A DNA stretch of 64,000 nucleotides, taken from positions 554,793 through 618,792 of the forward strand of contig CAWEYY010000002.1 of the NCBI GenBank assembly GCA_963813435.1, in the 5' to 3' direction. A program made the translations under genes and the position numbers. Below are positions 11,628-21,331 of the stretch, one piece after another; the first letter of the stretch is position 1; every line of letters begins with the position of its first letter. The stretch comes from an uncultured Actinomycetes bacterium. GTDB taxonomy: Bacteria; Actinomycetota; Thermoleophilia; Gaiellales; Gaiellaceae. A model generated the notes under the pieces. It saw nothing but the letters and a program-made list of their open reading frames with translations, had not been told where the DNA came from and ran no database searches.

Positions 11628-13781
11628 ATGGCCGCCGTCGTCTTGCGCCGCCGTTTCCGCGTCCGGGGTGTCGTCCAGGGTGTTGGCTTCCGGCCGTTCG
11701 TGCACGGGCTCGCCACGCGGCGAGGGCTCGGCGGCTTCGTCCTCAACGACGGGGAAGGCGTGGTTGTCGAGGTCGAGGGAGACGACGCGACGCTCGACGA
11801 GTTCGCAGACGCTCTGCGAGCGGAGGCGCCCGGGCTGGCCCGCGTCGACCAGGTGGTCGCCGAGGCCCTGGCCCCGAGCGGCGACCGCGCCTTCCGCATC
11901 GTCGAGAGCCGACCGACAGGCCGAGCGGCGCTGATCCCGCCCGACGTCACGACCTGCGACGATTGTCTCCGTGAGCTCTTCGATCCGGCCGACCGCCGCT
12001 ACCGCTACCCGTTCCTGAACTGCACGCAGTGCGGGCCGCGCTTCACGATCGTCCGGGACGTGCCGTACGACCGGGCGCGCACGACGATGGTCGGGTTCGA
12101 GCTCTGCGCCGACTGCCGGCGGGAGTACGAGGATCCGGCCAACCGCCGCTTCCACGCCGAGCCGACCTGCTGCCCGGTGTGCGGGCCTCGGCTCTCGCCG
12201 TCGCTCGAGGAGGCCGTCGGGCTTCTACGTGCGGGGAAGATCGTCGCGGTCAAGGGAATCGGCGGCTACCACCTCGCCTGCGATGCCGGCGACGAGGAGG
12301 CCGTCGCCCGGCTCCGGGCGCGGAAGCACCGGGAGGAAAAGCCGTTCGCGGTGCTGACCGACGCGCCCGACTCGCTGGCGGAGATCTCGGCCGAGGAGCT
12401 GGAGCTCCTCCGCTCGCCGGCCCGGCCGATCGTGCTCGTGCGGCGACTGGCTGCCGCCTCGGTCGCGCCCTCTGTCGCGCCTGGAACGCCGTGGCTCGGG
12501 CTGCTGCTGCCGTACTCGCCGCTCCACCACCTGCTCTGCGCCGACCTCGGCAGGCCGCTCGTGCTGACCAGCGGGAACCGATCCGACGAGCCGATCGCAG
12601 TCGACGACGACGATGCGCGGGAGCGGCTCGGCGAAATCGCGGACGCATTCCTCGCGCACAACCGCCCGATCCACCGGCGCTGCGAGGACTCCGTCGTCCG
12701 CGCGGGCTTCCCAGTCCGTCGCTCGCGCGGGCACGTGCCGACCGCGCTGCCGCTGCCCGACCGCGCTCGCCCGCTCGTCGCGGCAGGGGCGGAGCTGAAG
12801 AGCACCTTCTGCGTCGGCCGGGGCGGAGAAGCCTTCGTGTCGGCGCACCTCGGCGACCTCGACTCCGAGGCGGCCTATCGCGCCTTCCGGGACGACCTTC
12901 GCCTGTATCTGGCGATGCTCGGCGTCGAGCCGGAGATCGTCGCGCATGACCTTCACCCCGAGTACCTGGCGACGAAGTGGGCACTGGAGCAGCCGGACGC
13001 CGAGCTCGTCGGCGTGCAGCACCACCATGCGCACGCGGCCGGCTGCCTGGCCGAGCACGGCGAGGAGGGCCCGGCGCTCGCGCTCGTATTCGACGGGACC
13101 GGATACGGCACGGACGGCACGCTCTGGGGCGCCGAGCTGCTGCGATGCGACCTCGCGGAGTTCGAGCGCGTCGCACACCTCGAGCCCGTTCCGCTGCCGG
13201 GTGGCGAGGCCGCGATCCGCGAGCCGTGGCGTGTCGCGGCCGTCCACCTCGAGCGTGCAGGCGTGCCGGTGCCGTGGCCCGCGTGGGCGCAGGTCCGCGA
13301 GAGCCTGAAGCTCGACCCGCCGCTTGCGAGCGGCATGGGCCGCCTCTTCGACGCGGTTGCCGCGCTGCTCGGTATCCGGGACCGCGTCTCCTACGAGGGC
13401 CAGGCCGCGGCCGAGCTCGAGCAGCTCGCCGGCGAGACCCCCGCCGATCCCTACCCGTGGCGGTTCGGGGACGCCACCGACTTAGTAACAGTCTGTTACT
13501 TGGAGCTCGAGGCCGGGCGGGCTCGGGAGGAGGTGGCGGCGCGGTTTCACGAGACGGTTGCCGCCGCCGCTGCGGACGCCTGCGCGGAGGCAGGCGAGCC
13601 CCGGGCGGTCGTGCTCTCGGGTGGCAGCTTCCAGAACCTCCGCCTGCTCCGCTCGACGCGCGCGCGCCTCGAGGCGCTCGGCTTCCGCGTGCTCACGCAC
13701 CGCCTGGTGCCCCCCAACGACGGCGGCATAAGCTACGGGCAGGCAGCAATCGCCGCGAGGAGGAGCGCAGCATGTGCCTAG
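11628..13781 (+). CDS. hypF: carbamoyltransferase HypF
   Basis: 717 aa. Acylphosphatase N-terminus (VRGVVQGVGFRPFV), two CxxC...CxxC zinc fingers, then YrdC and Kae1-like domains. Confidence 0.9.
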   Translation: MAAVVLRRRFRVRGVVQGVGFRPFVHGLATRRGLGGFVLNDGEGVVVEVEGDDATLDEFADALRAEAPGLARVDQVVAEALAPSGDRAFRIVESRPTGRAALIPPDVTTCDDCLRELFDPADRRYRYPFLNCTQCGPRFTIVRDVPYDRARTTMVGFELCADCRREYEDPANRRFHAEPTCCPVCGPRLSPSLEEAVGLLRAGKIVAVKGIGGYHLACDAGDEEAVARLRARKHREEKPFAVLTDAPDSLAEISAEELELLRSPARPIVLVRRLAAASVAPSVAPGTPWLGLLLPYSPLHHLLCADLGRPLVLTSGNRSDEPIAVDDDDARERLGEIADAFLAHNRPIHRRCEDSVVRAGFPVRRSRGHVPTALPLPDRARPLVAAGAELKSTFCVGRGGEAFVSAHLGDLDSEAAYRAFRDDLRLYLAMLGVEPEIVAHDLHPEYLATKWALEQPDAELVGVQHHHAHAAGCLAEHGEEGPALALVFDGTGYGTDGTLWGAELLRCDLAEFERVAHLEPVPLPGGEAAIREPWRVAAVHLERAGVPVPWPAWAQVRESLKLDPPLASGMGRLFDAVAALLGIRDRVSYEGQAAAELEQLAGETPADPYPWRFGDATDLVTVCYLELEAGRAREEVAARFHETVAAAAADACAEAGEPRAVVLSGGSFQNLRLLRSTRARLEALGFRVLTHRLVPPNDGGISYGQAAIAARRSAACA

Positions 13782-14038
13782 GGATCCCGGCCCAGATCGT
13801 CGAGCTCGTCGACGAGAACGCGGGAATCGCGAAGGCCGAGATCTCCGGTGTCCGCCGCAACGTCTCGGTCGCGCTCTGCCCCGAGGCGCAGGTCGACGAC
13901 TGGGTGCTCGTGCACGTCGGCTTCGCCCTCTCCCGCATCGACGAGGAGCAGGCGCGCGAGACGATCGCGCTCCTCGAGCAGATGGGCGAGGCGTACGAGC
14001 AGGAGGTCCGCGAGATCCGGGAGAGCGCGACCACATGA
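13772..14038 (+). CDS. hypC: hydrogenase chaperone HypC
   Basis: 88 aa starting MCLGIPAQIV. Lies at the end of track ORF 12977-14038. Confidence 0.9.
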   Translation: MCLGIPAQIVELVDENAGIAKAEISGVRRNVSVALCPEAQVDDWVLVHVGFALSRIDEEQARETIALLEQMGEAYEQEVREIRESATT

Positions 14039-14232
14039 ATCTCGACCGCGAGCACTGCCTCACCTGCTCCGACGAGGCGGTCACAGCGACCGTGGTGGCC
14101 GTCGAGGGCGCCAATGCGACCGTGGAGGCTGACGGCCGGCGCGAGCAGGTCGGGATCGAGCTCGTCGAGCCGGTCGAGCCAGGCGACGTGCTGCTCTGCC
14201 ACGCGGGGATCGCGCTGGAGAAGGTGCCGTGA
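14035..14232 (+). CDS. HypC/HupF-like paralogue without the N-terminal Cys2
   Basis: 65 aa: MNLDREHCLTCSDEAVTATVVAVEG...VLLCHAGIALEKV. ATGA overlap with hypC and a 4-nt overlap (14229-14232) between its stop and the hypD start. Confidence 0.65.
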   Translation: MNLDREHCLTCSDEAVTATVVAVEGANATVEADGRREQVGIELVEPVEPGDVLLCHAGIALEKVP

Positions 14233-15350
14233 GATACGTCGACGAGTTCCGCGACGGGGAGCTTGCGCAGAAGCTCGCGCGCGAGATCGAGACGCTGGTC
14301 GAGCCCGGCCGAGAGGTGAAGATCATGGAGGTCTGCGGCGGCCACACGCACGCGATCTACAAGCACGGCGTCGAGCACCTCGTCCCGCGCGAGGTCGACT
14401 TCGTCCACGGCCCCGGCTGCCCGGTCTGCGTGATTCCGATGGGACGGGTGGACGACGCGATCGCCCTCGCCGAGCGGCCCGAGGTGATCTTCGCGACCTT
14501 CGGCGACATGATGCGCGTCCCCGGCGGCCGCGGCTCGCTGCTGGAGGCGAAGGCCCGCGGAGCCGACGTGCGCATGGTCTACTCGCCGCTGGACGCGCTC
14601 GAACTGGCCCGGCGGAACCCGGACCGCGAGGTCGTCTTCTTCGCGATCGGCTTCGAGACGACGGCACCCGCGACAGCGTTGACACTGCTGCGGGCCCGAG
14701 CCGAGGACGTGCGCAACTTCTCGGCCTTCTGCAACCACGTGACGATCGGGCCTCCGCTGCGCGCGATCCTCGACTCGCCCGGCCTCCGGCTCGACGCGTT
14801 CATCGCTCCGGGCCACGTCTCGACGGTGATCGGCACGCGGCCGTACGACTTCATCGTCGACGAGTACGGCAAGCCCGTGGTCGTGACCGCCTTCGAGCCG
14901 CTCGACATCCTGCAGGCGGTGGTCATGCTGCTGCGCCAGTTGCGCGAGGGCCGCTGCGCGGTCGAGAACCAGTACACGCGCGTCGTGCGTCGCGACGGGA
15001 ACCCGCGGGCGCTCGCCGCGCTCGAGGAGACGATGGAGCTCCGCGACACGTTCGAGTGGCGGGGCCTCGGCTGGATCGAGCGGAGCGCGCTCCGTCTTAG
15101 GCCAGAGCTCGCCGACTGGGACGCCGAGGCCCGCTTCGAGCTACCGGGCAACCGCGTCGAGGACCCGAAGGCCTGCCAGTGCGGCGAGGTGCTGATCGGC
15201 GCGATCAAGCCGTGGGAGTGCCGCGTCTTCGGCACCGCCTGCACGCCCGAGCGGCCGATCGGAACCTGCATGGTCTCGAGCGAGGGCGCCTGCGCGGCCT
15301 ACTACAACTACGGGCGCCTCGCCCGGCCGCGCGACACCGTGACTGCGTGA
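14229..15350 (+). CDS. hypD: hydrogenase maturation protein HypD
   Basis: 373 aa. Motifs MEVCGGHTH, GPGCPVCV and CMVSSEGACAAYY. Confidence 0.9.
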   Translation: MRYVDEFRDGELAQKLAREIETLVEPGREVKIMEVCGGHTHAIYKHGVEHLVPREVDFVHGPGCPVCVIPMGRVDDAIALAERPEVIFATFGDMMRVPGGRGSLLEAKARGADVRMVYSPLDALELARRNPDREVVFFAIGFETTAPATALTLLRARAEDVRNFSAFCNHVTIGPPLRAILDSPGLRLDAFIAPGHVSTVIGTRPYDFIVDEYGKPVVVTAFEPLDILQAVVMLLRQLREGRCAVENQYTRVVRRDGNPRALAALEETMELRDTFEWRGLGWIERSALRLRPELADWDAEARFELPGNRVEDPKACQCGEVLIGAIKPWECRVFGTACTPERPIGTCMVSSEGACAAYYNYGRLARPRDTVTA

Positions 15351-15447
15351 GACGACGCTTGCGGAGTCTCCTTCAGGCCGGGCAGGCTTTGCCTGCTCGG
15401 CCGTCTGAACCGACCGATCGACACGTTTGCCGTCAGGAGCTCCCGCC
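15351..15447 (+). repeat. 97-nt intercistronic structured element, copy A (hypD-hypE)
   Basis: Aligns without gaps to 59314-59410 and 63333-63429 (both minus strand). The first hairpin starts inside the TGA. Long GC hairpin at 15372-15409. ATCGACAC core (GGTCGACAC in the other copies). AGGAG Shine-Dalgarno at 15435-15439. Confidence 0.8.
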
Positions 15448-16476
15448 GTGAGAAGAAGGCCGAGGCTCACGGATGAGGTCGTCACGCTTGCGCACGGCTC
15501 CGGCGGGAAGGCGACACGCGCGCTCGTCGAGAGCCTCTTCCTCGAGGAGCTGGGCAATCCGCTGCTGGAGCCGCTCGGCGACTCGGCGCTGCTCGAGCTG
15601 AACGGCTCCCGGATCGCGTTCACGACCGACTCGTACGTCGTCAAGCCGATCGTCTTTCCCGGCGGGGACATCGGCGAGCTCGCCGTGAACGGAACCGTGA
15701 ACGACCTCGCCGTCGCCGGTGCGACGCCGGTCGCGCTCTCGGCGGGCTTCGTCGTCGAGGAGGGCTTCGAGGTCGCCGAGCTGAGGCGCCTCGTCGCCTC
15801 GATGGCGCGCGCGGCCGAAGCCGCCGGAGTGGCCGTCGCAACCGGCGACACGAAGGTGGTCGAGCGTGGCAAGGCGGACGGGCTCTACGTGAACACGGCC
15901 GGGATCGGCCTCGTGCCTTCCGGGGTGGAGCTCGGCGCCGAGCGGGTGCGGGTCGGCGACCGCGTGCTCGTCTCGGGCACCCTCGGGGACCACGGCATGG
16001 CGGTGATGATCGCCCGCGGCGAGCTCGCGCTCGAGGTCGAGCTCGAGAGCGACACCGCCCCCGTGCACGAGCTCGCCGCGTCGCTGCTCGAGCTCGGCGG
16101 GGCCGTCCGCTGGCTGCGCGACCCGACCCGCGGCGGGCTCGCGACCGCGCTCAACGAGCTGGCGCAGGACGCGGAGCTCGCGGTGGCGCTGGAGGAGGCG
16201 GCCCTTCCGCTGCGGCCGACCGTCGTCGGCGCCTGCGAGATCCTCGGGATCGACCCGCTCTACGTCGCCAACGAGGGGAAGCTCGTCGCGGTGGTCGCGC
16301 CCGAGGCCGCCGACGACGCGCTGGAGCGCCTTCGCGGACACGAGCTCGGCGCCGAGGCGGCGATCATCGGCGAGATCCGGGCCGAGCCGGAGGGGCTTGT
16401 GCTGCTCGACACGGCGTTCGGCGGCAGCCGGATCGTCGACATGCTCGTCGGCGACCCGTTGCCCCGAATCTGCTGA
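15448..16476 (+). CDS. hypE: hydrogenase maturation protein HypE
   Basis: AHGSGG N-terminal motif and C-terminal PRIC. GTG 15448 preferred, 8 nt after AGGAG. The track ORF starts at TTG 15427. Confidence 0.9.
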   Translation: MRRRPRLTDEVVTLAHGSGGKATRALVESLFLEELGNPLLEPLGDSALLELNGSRIAFTTDSYVVKPIVFPGGDIGELAVNGTVNDLAVAGATPVALSAGFVVEEGFEVAELRRLVASMARAAEAAGVAVATGDTKVVERGKADGLYVNTAGIGLVPSGVELGAERVRVGDRVLVSGTLGDHGMAVMIARGELALEVELESDTAPVHELAASLLELGGAVRWLRDPTRGGLATALNELAQDAELAVALEEAALPLRPTVVGACEILGIDPLYVANEGKLVAVVAPEAADDALERLRGHELGAEAAIIGEIRAEPEGLVLLDTAFGGSRIVDMLVGDPLPRIC

Positions 16477-16480
16477 ACGG

Positions 16481-16498
16481 CTCGGAGCGTTTCCCGAG
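16481..16498 (+). terminator. short hairpin after hypE
   Basis: CTCGG-N8-CCGAG, starting 5 nt after the hypE stop. Confidence 0.3.
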
Positions 16499-16510
16499 AT
16501 CACGTCAAGA

Positions 16511-16584
16511 GTGTCGACCGGTCAGTGCAGACGGGAGCACGGGCTGGCCCGCGCTCCCTGACAACGGCGTCGCAAGCGAGCGCC
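16511..16584 (-). repeat. structured element, copy D (3' of the cytochrome c gene, no downstream gene)
   Basis: Its sense strand aligns without gaps to positions 1-74 of copies A, B and C. It shares CCGTCTG.AC.TGACCGGTCGACAC. Both hairpins are kept through compensatory changes. Confidence 0.7.
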
Positions 16585-17331
16585 TTACTTCAGCGTCTTG
16601 AGATAGGCGACGAGCGCCTTCAGGTCCTGGTCGCTGAGGATCCCGCCCCAGTGCGGCATGCTCACGATCGGTGCCTTGCCGATCACGCTGCCGCTGCGGA
16701 TCATGTCTGTGATCTTCTTGTCGGTGTTGAACTCCGCCCGGAAGTCGGCCCCCGTGAGCGGCGGGATCGCCTTGTCCTCCGAGAGCGGGTTCGGCACTCC
16801 GCCGAGGCCGTTCGGGCCGTGGCAGTTGATGCAGCCGTCCCGCACGTAGAGCGCCGCGCCCGCGACCTCGAGCCCCTGGCCCTGCGGCACTGTCGGTGGC
16901 GATGCGTCGGGAACGCTCGGCAAGCCTGCATGGATGTAGGCGACGAGCTGGTCCACCTGCCGCTTGGAGATGACCGCCCCCCAGACGGGCATGTACGGCT
17001 TGGTCGGGTTCGCAGACTCGCCGAGACCGTGGTTGATGATCTGCTGCAGCTGCGCGGATGTAAGCGCCTTGCCCACGGTCTTGAGCCCGGGCACGTCCGG
17101 CGAGACGCCGCCTTGCCCGTTGTCGCCGTGGCACTGGGCGCAGGCGAACTGGACGAACACGTGCGCGCCCGCGGCCACCTTCGGGTCGACGGGAGCTGCC
17201 GAGGCCGTCGTTGCCGCGCCGACCGTCTTCGTCTTCTTCGTGTAGTGGCCCGCGCCCCAACCGATCAGGCCGGCCACCACCACGAGCAGGACGACGACAA
17301 TAGCGCCGACGGCGAACAACCGGTTGCTCAC
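16585..17331 (-). CDS. membrane-anchored dihaem cytochrome c
   Basis: 248 aa. N-terminal TM helix and two CxxCH motifs (CAQCH, CINCH). Confidence 0.85.
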   Translation of the reverse strand: MSNRLFAVGAIVVVLLVVVAGLIGWGAGHYTKKTKTVGAATTASAAPVDPKVAAGAHVFVQFACAQCHGDNGQGGVSPDVPGLKTVGKALTSAQLQQIINHGLGESANPTKPYMPVWGAVISKRQVDQLVAYIHAGLPSVPDASPPTVPQGQGLEVAGAALYVRDGCINCHGPNGLGGVPNPLSEDKAIPPLTGADFRAEFNTDKKITDMIRSGSVIGKAPIVSMPHWGGILSDQDLKALVAYLKTLK

Positions 17332-17420
17332 TGCGTCCTCATTTCGATTGGTTGAGAGTGGATCCTTCCAGACGGCGATCCATCAGTGTCGGCGCGGACG
17401 CGGCTGCGGCTTTCCCGCAG

Positions 17421-18139
17421 CTAGGCGCCCGCGGCCTGCGTCGCGGCCTGCGGGCCGCGGTGCTCCAGAATCACCTCGAGCAAGCGACGCGAGTGGAGCA
17501 CGTGCTCGTGGGCCAGTGCCCGGGCCCCGTCTGCGCTGCCGGCGACCAGAGCTTCGAGGATCGCGCGGTGCTGGTGCACGTTCTGCCGGTAGAGGTCGTC
17601 GATCTCCGGCCCTCCCGGGCTCCAGCGGCTCAGAAACGTCCGCCGCGCGCTCTTCGCGACCTGCTCGACGAGCGGAACGTCGGCCGCGTCGTAGATGACG
17701 TCGTGGAAGCGGTAGTTCGCGCGCACCCATTCGACCGTGACTCGGGTCCGCTCGCTCTCGCTCCGCCGGCGGTCCAACAGCTGCTCGGTCAGCTCCTCGA
17801 AGCGGGCCTCGGCCGCCCCCAGCTCGGCCAGCCTGGCCCCGGTCATGTTCGGGGTCGCGAGCCCGGTGACGAGCGCCTCGAGCTCCGCGCGCACCATGAA
17901 CGCCTGCTGGAGCTCGTCGAGTGAGATCGTGCGCACGCGCACGCCGCGGTTCGGCGTGAACGAGACGAGGCCTGTCGCGGCCAGGCGGCGGAGCGCCTCG
18001 CGAACCGGCGTGCGACTGACGCCGAAATGCTCCGAGAGCTGTTCCTGTCGCAGGACCGCGCCCGGCGGCAGCCCGCCGGAGATGATCTCGTCCTCGAGCG
18101 CGAGGGCGATCTCGTCGGCCTTGGTGCCGACCTCGGACG

Positions 18140-18152
<13 letters not shown>
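17421..18152 (-). CDS. GntR-family (FadR/FCD-type) transcriptional regulator
   Basis: Track ORF 17421-17942 is only the FCD domain. My translation shows the in-frame HTH upstream ([52 protein letters not shown]). There is no ATG, GTG or TTG there; the start is ATT 18150-18152 or CTG 18141-18143. Confidence 0.8.
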
Positions 18153-20981
<2,829 letters not shown>

Positions 20982-20987
20982 GGGCGT

Positions 20988-21161
20988 CTAGTCGTTCTCG
21001 TGGTCGCGCTCGCAGAACTCCGGGCACGTGCACGGAGCCGACTCGGCGGCCGTGACGACGTAGCTGGCGCGCGCCGAGCGCATGGCGGTGGAGCTCGAAG
21101 CCCGTGCGCCTGTGTGCTTCCGCTCGGCGGTGCGATCCCGGCTCTTCCGTCTCGACAGCAA
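20988..21161 (-). CDS. possible 57-aa upstream ORF or small protein ahead of aceB
   Basis: TTG at 21159-21161, 8 nt after AGGAGG (21170-21175). Peptide LSRRKSRDRTAERKH...APCTCPEFCERDHEND. Ends 6 nt before the aceB ATG. Weak support. Confidence 0.25.
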   Translation of the reverse strand: MLSRRKSRDRTAERKHTGARASSSTAMRSARASYVVTAAESAPCTCPEFCERDHEND

Positions 21162-21331
21162 GCGCGTCACCTCCTGATACTGGCATATCTCGGATCCGAA
21201 GTCGACCAGTTCAGTCCGATTTCCGCCCTTTCGTCTAGTAAACCTACCCATTATGGATCCATTATGCCTGCCAACCGGACATTCGGCTCCTAGCCGTACG
21301 GGCTGAAGAGCCGTGTGCAACCATCCACGGG

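Noticed and set aside
15348-15409. UGA followed immediately by a hairpin, which could be a bacterial SECIS element directing selenocysteine insertion or readthrough.
   Set aside because: - The upstream proteins (HypD, PcaD, PcaI) end at their normal C-termini.
- The sequence after the UGA has no conserved reading frame; copy B has an in-frame stop after 20 codons.
- The downstream start is out of frame.
- Copy D follows TAA, not TGA.
15368-15440. The CUCCUUC tract inside the element could act as an anti-Shine-Dalgarno that sequesters the downstream Shine-Dalgarno, giving a riboswitch- or thermometer-like mechanism.
   Set aside because: - Only about 5 bp of pairing are possible.
- Copy C changes the tract to CUCCUCC without a compensating change in its GAAGG Shine-Dalgarno.
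- The tract is already engaged in the bases of hairpins 1 and 2.
- There is not enough support to report it as a mechanism.
20988-21320. The full 110-aa track ORF upstream of aceB.
   Set aside because: The N-terminal half runs through the AT-richer promoter region with no ribosome-binding site. Only the 57-codon distal part behind AGGAGG was kept, as a low-confidence feature.
21190-21331. A possible ydaO/cyclic-di-AMP riboswitch upstream of the NlpC/P60 hydrolase, which is a frequent actinobacterial arrangement.
   Set aside because: - Only short resemblances were seen (CCGAAGUCGAC, ACGGGGUGAUUC).
- The conserved GGGGACCCA-type segments and the pseudo-symmetric architecture are absent.
- Part of the resemblance lies inside the coding region.
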